A stretch of DNA of 61,365 nucleotides, the filler included, from Candidatus Aminicenantales bacterium (GTDB lineage: Bacteria; Acidobacteriota; Aminicenantia; Aminicenantales; Saccharicenantaceae), in assembly GCA_049512315.1 (NCBI GenBank). It is 5 parts of 4 records of this genome, joined end to end, with 100 filler letters (N's around TTAATTAATTAA, not from the genome) between each part and the next. Parts side by side here need not be neighbours in the genome. Positions count along the whole stretch, not along the records: positions 49,665 to 61,365 come from JBEKXF010000014.1; 4 more parts are not named here. The stretch is one strand, 5' to 3'. This document shows positions 52,798-61,365 of the stretch, piece by piece. The notes beneath the pieces were generated by a model. The model made no database searches. It had not been told where the DNA came from and saw only the letters and a program-made list of their open reading frames with translations. The first letter of the stretch is position 1. The number at the start of each line of letters is the position of its first letter. A program made the translations under genes and the position numbers.

Positions 52798-53196
52798 ATG
52801 TTTATAAAACTTTACATTATTGCCCTGCCAGTTTTCCTTGCCATTGATATGGCTTGGCTGGGGCTTGTCGCTAAGAATTTCTACGCCAAACGAATCGGCT
52901 TTTTGATGAAGACCGACATTAATTGGACGGCGGCCGTTCTTTTTTACCTCCTCTTCATTATCGGACTGGTCCTCTTTGTTATTATGCCGGCAGTTGGAAA
53001 GAACTCGTGGGTACACGCGCTGTCGTTCGGCGCATTGTTCGGGCTCATTGCCTACGCGACGTATGATCTAACTAACCTCGCTACGCTTAAGGACTGGCCG
53101 CTTATTGTAACAATTGTAGACTTGGCGTGGGGCGCTGTGCTTGCAGGTTCTGTCTCGACGGTGACCTTCTTCATTGCAAGTAAGATCGGCCCATGA
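52798..53196 (+). CDS. DUF2177-family membrane protein
   Basis: IDMAWLG...FY; AYATYDLTNLATLKDWP...VDLAWG. Confidence 0.88.
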   Translation: MFIKLYIIALPVFLAIDMAWLGLVAKNFYAKRIGFLMKTDINWTAAVLFYLLFIIGLVLFVIMPAVGKNSWVHALSFGALFGLIAYATYDLTNLATLKDWPLIVTIVDLAWGAVLAGSVSTVTFFIASKIGP

Positions 53197-53966
53197 ACTA
53201 TTATCTAACCCTTGCCTTAGTCCTATTCGTATACATGAGCCTGTGGTTCATGGCTTCTTTGGTTAAAAAAAGAAATGATATAGCTGATGTAGCGTGGGGG
53301 TTGGGGTTTGTACTCCTTGCATGGGTATCCTATTTTATTTACGCCGATTCCGGAATACGAGGACTATTCGTAGGAACGCTGGTGAGCATTTGGGGATTGC
53401 GCTTGGCGTGGCATATTTACACGCGCAATAAAGGTAAAGCGGAGGATTACCGGTATCTGGCGTGACGGAAAAAATGGGGCAAGTGGCTTTATCTTCGCTC
53501 TTATGCGCAAATTTATTTATTACAGGGCGCGCTATTGTTTCTCATTATTTTACCAGTGCTGCTTACCAATAGGAGCGCCGGACAAGCACTCGGCTTTCTT
53601 GATGGCGCCGGTGTTGCGGTGTGGCTTATTGGCTTTTTCTTTGAGTCCGTAGGCGATGCGCAGCTTGCGAAGTTTATTAGTAATCCGATAAATAATGGCA
53701 AGCTTATGCAAAGCGGACTGTGGCAATATACCCGTCACCCCAACTATTTTGGCGAAGTCACCCAGTGGTGGAGCATTTGGCTTATTGCGCTTTCCGTGCC
53801 GTACGGCCTCTTTGGTATCATTGGCCCCATCACCATCACTATATTGATATTAAAAGTGTCCGGCATCCCGATCCTTGAGAAAAAAATGGCCGAAAATCCG
53901 GAATTTGTGCTGTACAAAAAGCGAGTGAGCGTCTTTTTCCCGATGTCACCGAAAACGAAAATCTAA
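53193..53966 (+). pseudogene. DUF1295-family (steroid 5-alpha-reductase-like) membrane protein with in-frame TGA at 53463-53465
   Basis: ADVAWGLGF, WGLRLA, EDYRYLA*RKKWG, GLWQYTRHPNYFGE all in one frame. Confidence 0.85.
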
Positions 53967-53978
53967 GCCCCAAAATAT

Positions 53979-54326
53979 ATGCGAATATGGGATATTCACC
54001 CAAAATTTTTATGCCGTAAACACTTGCTCGGTGAGCATCGTGAGCTTCATGGCTTGTGGAATATCTTGACCAGGCATAAAGGCAAGTGCGGATATTCGCG
54101 CCATCCGGAGACATTACGCTGGGTCGGTAAACGAAAAGCGCTTTATATTCGGCATGAGGTATTGGTGAAGGAATTTTCCCGTCGCGGATATTCACACCAC
54201 ACCCCGCTCGATAAACGATTGGCTACCGGTTCGGGCAATCAAAATGTTTTCATTAACACTGTCAAAGAGCAACAAGTGATACTTAAGCAGAAACCCTGTG
54301 ACTGTTTTTTTCATTTCTCCTCTTAA
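53979..54326 (+). CDS. Pyrimidine-dimer DNA glycosylase/endonuclease V-like protein
   Basis: MRIWDIHP..LCRKHLLGEHRELH, YSRHPET.RW, LYIRHE.LV.E..RRGY.H. Confidence 0.85.
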   Translation: MRIWDIHPKFLCRKHLLGEHRELHGLWNILTRHKGKCGYSRHPETLRWVGKRKALYIRHEVLVKEFSRRGYSHHTPLDKRLATGSGNQNVFINTVKEQQVILKQKPCDCFFHFSS

Positions 54327-54547
54327 GCTCCCGCCGGGCAGAGTCTTCTCTGGGCTTCTTTTAGTACTTTGATCTGGGCGCCTAGGGAGTTGTGCTTGAG
54401 GAAGGTTCGAAGTTCGTATATTAAGGCACGCTCCGTTTGACTTCCCGCCCTTACGGCGTTATCCTCTCGCCAAGCAAAGTATGAGGGGATAAGGGCTAGA
54501 ATAAGGTGCCCGAACTCCAACACGACAATTCTCTTTAGGGGGACGTT

Positions 54548-56965
54548 ATGGACAAGAAGGAGTCTTCCGAAAAGACAATAACCTTGGCTTCAACTGGCGG
54601 GACTGCTCAAACCATCGGCCCCTATCATCTGCTCCAGAAGATCGGCGCGGGCGGAATGGGCGAAGTCTGGGTCGCTGAACAGCACAAGCCGATCCACCGG
54701 CGTGTAGCCCTGAAGCTTATCAAGGCGGGCATGGATACAAGCCAGGTCATCTCCCGCTTCGAATCGGAACGTCAGGCCCTGGCACTGATGGACCATCCGG
54801 TAATTGCCAAGGTATTCGACGCCGGGGAAACGGGCGATGGCCGGCCCTATTTCGTCATGGAATATATTCAGGGCATCCCCATCACAAAGTACTGCGACCA
54901 GAACCGCCTGACGACCAAGGAACGGCTGGAGCTTTTCCGGCACATTTGCGAGGGGGTCCAGCACGCCCACCAGAAGGCGATCATCCATCGCGACCTCAAA
55001 CCCTCCAATATTCTCGTCGCCATCCAGGACGGGGTCGCCGTGCCCAAGATCATCGACTTCGGCGTGGCCAAGGCGACGGCCCAGACCCTGACCGAGAGGA
55101 CGATGTACACCGAGCTGGGGATGCTCATCGGGACGCCGGAGTACATGAGTCCTGAGCAGGCGGAGATGTCGGGCCAGAACGTCGACACCCGGACCGACGT
55201 CTACTCGCTGGGCGCGATCCTCTATGAGCTCTTGGTCGGAGTCCTGCCTTTCGATCCCAAGGAGCTGAGGCGGGCCGGCTACGACGAGATCCGCCGGAAG
55301 ATCCGGGAGGAAGACCCGCCCCGGCCGAGCACCAAGCTGAGCACGATGGGCGATGCGTCGACGACCCAGGCCCAGAACCGGCGCACGGAGCGCCCGGCAC
55401 TTATCCGGGAGATCCGGGGTGACCTCGATTGGATCACGATGAAAGCGCTGGAGAAGGACCGGACGCGGCGCTACGGGTCGCCCTCGGACCTGGAGGCCGA
55501 CATCGACCGGTATCTGCACCATCAGCCGATTGTCGCCCGCCCGCCGAGCACTGTCTATAAAGCGAGGAAATTCGTCCGCCGCCACAGGTTCGGCGTCGGG
55601 GTGGCCTCGGCCATCGCGGTCCTTCTGGTCGTTTTCTCGGTGACGACGGCCATCCAGGCCCGCCGCATCGCCCGCGAGCGCGACCGGGCCAACCAGGAGG
55701 CCGAGGCCTCGCGCCAGGTTTCGGATTTCCTGACCGGGCTTTTCAAGGTCTCCGACCCGAGCGAAGCCCGGGGTAACAGCGTCACGGCCCGGGAAATCCT
55801 GGACAAGGGTGCGGACAAGATCGCCCGCGATCTCCAGGGGCAACCTCTCGTCCAGGGCAAGCTTATGAACACGATGGGCTACGTCTACGAGAGCCTCGGC
55901 CTGTATGACCCGGCCCGGGGCCTCTTGGAGAAGGCCCTAGACATCCGCACGAAAGCCCTCGGCCCGGATCATCCGGATGTGGCGATTACCCTGTCCGAGC
56001 TCGGCACGGTGGTGTGGCGCAAGGGCGATTTCGCCAGGGCGAAAGCCCTCCAGGAGCAGGCCTTGGCCATTCGCGAGAAGCGACTCGGTCCGGACAGCAA
56101 GGAAGTGGCCTCCAGCCTTCATAACTTGGGCAATCTCAACTGGAGCCAGGGGAATTATGCCGAGGCCCGGCGTCTTCTCGAACGAGCCTTGGCCATCCGG
56201 GAGAAAGTGCTCGGGCCCGAAAATTCTGATGTCGCGACGACGGTCAACTCGCTGGGAGCGATCGCTTACAAAGAGGGCGATTTCAAGCGCGCAAGGGAGC
56301 TGTGGGAACGGACGTTGGCGATCCGCGAGAAGACACTCGGCCCCGACCATCCCTATATCGCATCGTCGCTCAACAACCTCGCCATCGTACATACATACAC
56401 CGGAGATCCTAAAGGTGCGATACCGCTCCTCGAGCGCGTCGTCAAAATCCAGGAAAAGGTGCTGGGCCTCAAGCATCCGGACCTCGCGTCGGGCCTCATG
56501 AACCTGGGGGATGCAATGTCCAAGAGCGGCGACCTGGTCGGGGCCAAGCCCTATTATGCCCGTGCCGTGGCCATCATGGAGGCGGCCAGCCCCAACAACC
56601 CCGAGCTAGCCCGTTTTCTCGACCGGCTGGCGTCCGTCGCGCTCGCAGAGAAGGATCTGAAGGAGGCCCGGGGACTTTATGAGCGCTCGCTCGCGCTGCG
56701 GCAGAAAGCTCTCGGCTCGAAACACCCCGAGGTGGCCGAAAGCCTATGCGGGTTGGCAGATTGCGCCTTCCAGAGCGGCCGTCTCCAGGAGACCGAGACA
56801 CTTTACGAGCGAGCCCTGGCCCTCGTCCGAAAGCCGGACGGAGGCTATTATCCCAGCGCCTATGACGTTCTCAAGGGCTTTGCAGCTCTGCTGCGGGCCA
56901 CCCACAGGGATGCCCGGGCCGCCGAGATGGAGGCTCTGGTCCGTCGCCTGGAAGGTATGAAATAA
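54548..56965 (+). CDS. Ser/Thr protein kinase with TM and kinesin-light-chain-like TPR array
   Basis: [22 protein letters not shown]; repeated ALAIREKxLGPxHPxVA. Confidence 0.95.
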   Translation: MDKKESSEKTITLASTGGTAQTIGPYHLLQKIGAGGMGEVWVAEQHKPIHRRVALKLIKAGMDTSQVISRFESERQALALMDHPVIAKVFDAGETGDGRPYFVMEYIQGIPITKYCDQNRLTTKERLELFRHICEGVQHAHQKAIIHRDLKPSNILVAIQDGVAVPKIIDFGVAKATAQTLTERTMYTELGMLIGTPEYMSPEQAEMSGQNVDTRTDVYSLGAILYELLVGVLPFDPKELRRAGYDEIRRKIREEDPPRPSTKLSTMGDASTTQAQNRRTERPALIREIRGDLDWITMKALEKDRTRRYGSPSDLEADIDRYLHHQPIVARPPSTVYKARKFVRRHRFGVGVASAIAVLLVVFSVTTAIQARRIARERDRANQEAEASRQVSDFLTGLFKVSDPSEARGNSVTAREILDKGADKIARDLQGQPLVQGKLMNTMGYVYESLGLYDPARGLLEKALDIRTKALGPDHPDVAITLSELGTVVWRKGDFARAKALQEQALAIREKRLGPDSKEVASSLHNLGNLNWSQGNYAEARRLLERALAIREKVLGPENSDVATTVNSLGAIAYKEGDFKRARELWERTLAIREKTLGPDHPYIASSLNNLAIVHTYTGDPKGAIPLLERVVKIQEKVLGLKHPDLASGLMNLGDAMSKSGDLVGAKPYYARAVAIMEAASPNNPELARFLDRLASVALAEKDLKEARGLYERSLALRQKALGSKHPEVAESLCGLADCAFQSGRLQETETLYERALALVRKPDGGYYPSAYDVLKGFAALLRATHRDARAAEMEALVRRLEGMK

Positions 56966-57046
56966 CTTATCTTGAAAGACGCCGACCCTGGCCTGCCCGA
57001 GCTCGAGGACGCTCGGAAGCGGCTGGCCGGGTTGAAGGGCAGCTGA
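56966..57046 (+). pseudogene. Orphan coding tail LILKDADPGLPELEDARKRLAGLKGS*, in frame after the kinase stop
   Basis: Direct translation; similar to 24222-24293. Confidence 0.65.
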
Positions 57047-57179
57047 TACCCGATTCGATGCAGCTCTACAGGTGAGCACAATCTGAGCACAGTCGATTGG
57101 GTGCCCCCCCTTCTATGATTGCGAAACGCAAGTCTTCGTATACATTTTTCTTCTGTCCATCTTGATGGCTGCTTCGGCC

Positions 57180-57295
57180 TCTTGAACCACCCTTCTATCC
57201 GCGCCATGATGCGCACCATAACATTCGATCTCGGCTCCTAAACCTAATTCTGAACGCGACCCTTGCGGGCCCGTTAAGGCGGGACCTAGGCAGCC
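57180..57295 (-). ncRNA. Predicted bridge/seek RNA of the IS1111 element
   Basis: Two hairpin-with-internal-loop modules (one closed by GCAA) carrying TCAGAATTAGG, ATAGAAGG and ATGTTA matching the junctions. Confidence 0.72.
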
Positions 57296-58269
57296 TCTCT
57301 CCTCTCTGTCAGCATTCGATAAATGATCGTCAGGAGCCGACGGGCCACGGCGATCTTGGCCACGTTCGGTCCTTTTCTCCGGGCCAGCCGGCTGTGTCAG
57401 GTCCGCAACACGAGGTCTTTCTTGATCGCCGGATAAACCGCTTCCAAAGCCGCCCACCTCAGCCAGCTGCTCCCTTGCTTGGTGATGGGCCCGTGATACG
57501 TCCTCTCTCCCGATGAGCCGGCATAGGAATGAAGATCCGCCGCCCTCGAAAATCGCTTGACGTCCGCGATCTCGACCGCCACCAAGACCGACAGCGTCTT
57601 GGCAAAACCCGGCACGGTGTCGATCCGGGACGCCTCCTCCATCTCCCCATAGAGGGCGTTCACTAATCCGTCCGACTTCTTGATATGCGCCTGGATCTCC
57701 TCGTATCCCTGGAGAAGATCCTTCAAAATTTCCTTCTCCCTGCTTTCCAGCGGCAGTCCGGCCAAAAACTCCAATCCCTTCGAGCTGAAGAGCCCGCTTT
57801 CCCTCTTTTCCACCTCCGACCGCACGTCCTGTTGAGCCAAAAGCACCCGGATCTTGTTCTTCACTTCGGTTTGCTTGCAGACCCAATAAGCCCTCATCCT
57901 TATCACCCGTTGCGCCCGCCGGTTCCCATCCCCCCGCTGATAAACCTCCGGAATGAGATTCGCCCTTAAGAGGTGGGCCAACGTCCGGGAGTCTCGCTTG
58001 TCGGTCTTGATCCGGGCCTGGGCGATCGCTTTGACCTGAAGCGCGTTCGCGATCTTGACCTCCCCGCCCAGCTCCCGAAACAGATCTGCCATCACATACG
58101 ACGACCGGCCGGCCTCGAGAACAGCCGTGAACGGCCGCCAGCCCTCGAGGAACCGGTCCACATCCCTCCTGAGGTTGGGCACCCGCCCGTTCTTCCGCTC
58201 CTGGCCATCCTCGTCCAACACCGTCATCACAGAGACTTGTTTGTGATGGTCCACGCCGATAAAATACAA
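57286..58269 (-). pseudogene. IS110-family (IS1111) transposase with in-frame TGA at 57397-57399
   Basis: RBS AAAGGAGG plus TTG; IGVDHHK, VLEAG, KTDKRDS, TVPGF, YAG-SSG, AVARRLLTIIYRML. Confidence 0.9.
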
Positions 58270-58445
58270 CTGCGGACCTCCTTTTGAGATTTTGGTCCGA
58301 CGAGTCATCTAGCACAGCATTACCCGTCAGGGAGGTGCGTTTCGCTATCATGTTACCTAATTCTGACTAATGGTGCGTAAAGGAAAACAAGGCATTCTCC
58401 CCTGGAAATCGGGTTTTCTCCATATATCCAGAAGGGTAGAGGAGG

Positions 58446-58563
58446 GGACTCCGGATCCAAAGGTCGGAGGTTCGAATCCTCTCAGGCGCGCCATATCTAA
58501 TTCACTGAAAATCCTGAAGTTACAGACTTTTCCTGGTTCCCCGCCAGACTCGATTTTCCCGCC
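58446..58563 (+). repeat. Direct repeat of tRNA-Arg 3' half plus about 70 nt of flank (att-like)
   Basis: Aligns without gaps to 48099-48216; tRNA part 47/48 identical. Confidence 0.9.
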
Positions 58564-59257
58564 CCGCCACAAGTTCTTTTGCGTTGCCGTCCGCTATGCC
58601 GCCTTTGTGGACATGCGGGGGGACCTGCTGAAAGGTCAAGGATTTAAAAATAGTTTTCATCACATGAACACAACCTATCTATTGACAAACAGAAATCAAC
58701 ACTGTATATAGTATAGTATGGGGGAAAAAATTCGTTCGGTGTTCTTGCGTTCCGGTATAACTAAAAAATGCCCGTCTATGGTGGTCTGCCCGTATTGCCA
58801 CAAGCTTTTCGGGGCCTACGGCGAATTGAGGAAGAAGCCCAGGTCCTCAAATGGGCCGAGATCTTCCGGCAGAGTACGGGACGGGCTAAGCGCGGAATAA
58901 GACCTCTACGCGGTACATGCCCATTTGGCTGTCATGATTGGCGTTGGCGTTTGGCAGGCAGGCCACGCGTCTTCGCTTCGCCGTGCCGGCACTGCCGGAG
59001 AAGAGTTTCGATTCTGAAGTGTGGCTGTCCTCGGAAAAGGACAGCAGGCCGGCCTCAAGGAGCTAAAAAGATCTCTCGTCCTGCCGGCTTGCAAGCCGCA
59101 GGCCGATTGACGTCTAACAAGATGAAATTAAATAAGTTATCTGCATTCCCGGAGTTCCTAAAATGGCCTGTCAGCCCCCGGCATGCTTCCTTGGTATGGT
59201 TCTTGCTTTATAATCGGGTGGGACGACTAACCGAATGGATATGAAGGAGGAAAAGCG

Positions 59258-59641
59258 ATGAAGGCAAAGTGGCTGACAATCCTGTTTTTGGCCGCTCTCA
59301 CGCTGGGGATCGTTTCCTGCTACCGTCCTTATGGATACAGTTTCTACCCTGGCGTGCCGCGCTTCACCCCGACCAATCCGGGGGCCGTCGAGCTCATGAG
59401 GCACGATCCGAGGGGGGACCACATCCGGCTGGGCGAAGTCTGGATCCGTCCCGACCCCGGGATGAGCCGTGGCTACGTCGAGGGAATTCTCCGGGAAAAG
59501 GCCGCCCTCATGGGGGCCGACGCCCTGGTGATCGTCGCCGACAGGTATTTCCGTGAAGGCGTCGTCTACAATTATTGGCGCGGGAGGATGGCTGTTTACG
59601 AGCGGCAGATCGTCGGCGTCGCCATCCGTTTCAGGAGATAG
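59258..59641 (+). CDS. Hypothetical lipoprotein
   Basis: RBS AAGGAGG; IVSC lipobox-like; LREKAALMGADALVI. Confidence 0.8.
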   Translation: MKAKWLTILFLAALTLGIVSCYRPYGYSFYPGVPRFTPTNPGAVELMRHDPRGDHIRLGEVWIRPDPGMSRGYVEGILREKAALMGADALVIVADRYFREGVVYNYWRGRMAVYERQIVGVAIRFRR

Positions 59642-59645
59642 CAGG

Positions 59646-59921
59646 CTACCGCCGGAGCCGGACCAGGGTCGCGCCCCAGCCGCCGGCCGTCGGGTCGGCA
59701 TCCTCGAAAGACGCAACGCTCGGGTCTTTCCTGAGAATGCCGTGAACGATCCCCTTGAGCGTTCCGGTCCCCTTGCCGTGGATGATTCGGAGCTCGATGA
59801 TCCCACGCCGCAGACATTGCTCGATGTACTCGGGAACCAGGTCCCTGACGTCCTTCGGGCTGAAGGTATGGAGGTCGAGGACGCCGTCGATCGGGATCTC
59901 CACGGGCTTGTCGTCGGACAT
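59646..59921 (-). CDS. Smr/MutS-domain protein
   Basis: LDLHTF, IIHGKGTGTL, GGWGATLV. Confidence 0.92.
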   Translation of the reverse strand: MSDDKPVEIPIDGVLDLHTFSPKDVRDLVPEYIEQCLRRGIIELRIIHGKGTGTLKGIVHGILRKDPSVASFEDADPTAGGWGATLVRLRR

Positions 59922-60053
59922 CAGTCTTGCAGCCTCCGCTACGTCATTTTAGCACGTTTTCGGGGCCGGCGGGCCGCTCGGGGAAGGCCCGAATGGACGA
60001 TCTCAAGAGTTTGACAAGACCGGTCAAGTCATCTAAACTAGAGGGGATTTTTT

Positions 60054-60126
60054 GGCCCGTTAGCTCAATCGGTAGAGCAGCGGACTCTTAATCCGCGGGT
60101 TGTAGGTTCGAGTCCTACACGGGTCA
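60054..60126 (+). tRNA. tRNA-Lys(CTT), CCA not encoded
   Basis: GGCCCGT/ACGGGTC acceptor, GCGGA-CT-CTT-AA-TCCGC, GTAGG-TTCGAGT-CCTAC; promoter TTGACA-17-TAAACT at 60011-60039. Confidence 0.96.
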
Positions 60127-60167
60127 TTTTGCTTTTCCCTATCTTATTCGGAAAGGAGAACAAACAC

Positions 60168-60557
60168 ATGGCGGGCTATTTTGGACCGATTGAAGAACAA
60201 ACGCTCAAGAATCAGTATTTTCGTCAGGTTTTATTCACCGGCAAGCACTGTCAGCTTGTGGTGATGTGCCTGCAGCCGGGTGAAGAGATCGGCAACGAGG
60301 TGCATCCCATGGTCGACCAGTTCTTCCGCATCGAGAAGGGGGAAGCCAAGTTCATCCTGAATGGTTCGGAAGAGCACCGGGTCAATGAGAATGAGGCCGC
60401 CATCGTGCCGGCCGGCACCTTCCATAACGTCATCAACACATCCCAAATCAAGCCATTGAAACTGTACACCGTTTATTCTCCCCCCAACCATCCGGCTGGC
60501 ACCGTTCATAAAACCAAAGCCGAAGCCGAGGCCGCGGAAAAGGCCAAGCACCATTGA
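60168..60557 (+). CDS. Cupin-domain protein
   Basis: QLVVMCL.PGEEIG.EVH..VDQFFRIE.G; VPAGTFHNV; LKLYTVYSPPNH. Confidence 0.9.
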   Translation: MAGYFGPIEEQTLKNQYFRQVLFTGKHCQLVVMCLQPGEEIGNEVHPMVDQFFRIEKGEAKFILNGSEEHRVNENEAAIVPAGTFHNVINTSQIKPLKLYTVYSPPNHPAGTVHKTKAEAEAAEKAKHH

Positions 60558-60644
60558 GGAATTGCCCCTTCGAACGCAGATCACACGCTGCCTGTTCACA
60601 TCCTTGTTTGTGCACACCCAAGCGGACTATCCTTATCTTCGCCC

Positions 60645-61142
60645 TTAAGAAATCGTTTTCTTTCCTATTGACGAAACAAATTCTCTTGTGAAAGAGGCCG
60701 CTTTCTCTTGTCCGTCATTTCCCAGCGGGCCCTTCATTCCTTGGACTTCACACCGAAGGGTTTTTGGGTAAACATTCAAGCCCAGGCCTCTGGCGACCTC
60801 CTGCATCTTGCCGGCAGCTCCAGGCTCCAGCCATTTTTTGGCCTTCTCCATTTCTTCGGGCTTCGTCGGCACGGGTCCATAGGTATCGAACACCGCGATG
60901 GGTTTTTGCGCAATCCCCTTCTTGTGCAGCCGCTTCAGCGCCTTGAGAGCTTTCCGATTGACCCTGGCTATTCTTGTCGGGGCACCGATGAGAATGAAGT
61001 CAAAGCTCTGCAAGTCCGGAAGCTTCGTGCGAAGATCCTGAACGATGGGTTCGTGCCCGAGGGCCGTGATCTCTCGGGCGATGACTTCCGCGACCTCTTT
61101 CGTGTTGCCGAAGTAGCTTCTGAATAGGACGAGCGCTTTCAT
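60645..61142 (-). CDS. Flavodoxin-family protein
   Basis: SYFGNTKEVA, IGAPT, AVFDT, VQGMKGPL. Confidence 0.88.
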   Translation of the reverse strand: MKALVLFRSYFGNTKEVAEVIAREITALGHEPIVQDLRTKLPDLQSFDFILIGAPTRIARVNRKALKALKRLHKKGIAQKPIAVFDTYGPVPTKPEEMEKAKKWLEPGAAGKMQEVARGLGLNVYPKTLRCEVQGMKGPLGNDGQEKAASFTREFVSSIGKKTIS

Positions 61143-61365
61143 TTTAATTTGATCTCCGTTTCGACCGTGAAGAACTTATAACGTCGATAAAGGCTATTGA
61201 CCTCGGCGCTGACGGACTTTCGTTCGTCTTTCCCGATGGATGCGTTTTCCGTATAGTTCCGGGTTGGAAAGCGAAGTCCGTTCTTTTCCAGGCCGTATTC
61301 CGAAAATGCCATGATCCGGGGTTCGGCCTCGTGGGCCTTGGCCCACTCTTCGACGCTCCGGAAAT
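61139..61365 (-). CDS. Hypothetical protein, C-terminal part (window edge)
   Basis: Open frame ...EYGLEKNGLRFP...YKFFTVETEIKLK*, with its stop overlapping the flavodoxin ATG (ATGA). Confidence 0.65.
   Translation of the reverse strand, partial: FRSVEEWAKAHEAEPRIMAFSEYGLEKNGLRFPTRNYTENASIGKDERKSVSAEVNSLYRRYKFFTVETEIKLK

Larger units (their letters stand above)
57109..58357 (-). mobile_element. IS1111-type element (GG core, subterminal inverted repeats)
   Basis: IRs ATGAT(T/A)GCGAAACGCA at 57115-57130 and 58336-58351; IS110-family transposase; long 3' non-coding end. Confidence 0.88.

Noticed and set aside
52159..54326. Alternative genetic code (TGA=Trp/Gly) for the low-GC block
   Set aside because: Other Trp codons there are TGG and the DUF2177 gene ends at TGA; only one internal TGA.
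58446..58493. Second functional tRNA-Arg
   Set aside because: Lacks the acceptor 5' strand and D-arm; only the 3' half is present.

Overview
GC-rich bacterial sequence made of five contigs joined by 100-nt N/TTAATTAATTAA linkers (2554-2653, 17194-17293, 47473-47572, 49565-49664), so adjacency across those linkers is unproven. The gene repertoire (several Hanks-type kinase-TPR/PD40 proteins, an acidobacterial-type VWA protein, BNR hydrolase) suggests Acidobacteriota, probably Ca. Aminicenantes; this is inference. Core content: coaE, HU/IHF, nfeD-stomatin, surE, S9 peptidase, a minor-pilin cluster, a partial 16S rRNA, xfp, mgtA, ubiG-like, glmS, ferredoxin, tRNA-Arg(CCG) and tRNA-Lys(CTT). The most notable signals are non-coding. 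(1) Two RNA-guided IS110-family elements, one IS110-type and one IS1111-type, each have a readable bridge RNA whose loop sequences match the element's own donor and target junctions; in silico circularisation of each creates a 17-bp-spaced sigma70 promoter. (2) A 37-bp promoter-like module recurs three times in front of accessory genes, and twice the gene run ends in an orphan 'PGLxExEDAxxRLA' coding tail, suggesting reusable expression slots. (3) Also present are an attC-like hairpin, a duplicated tRNA-Arg 3' half plus flank, a low-GC gene block, and many deletion scars, including loss of about 34 nt from the 16S gene.
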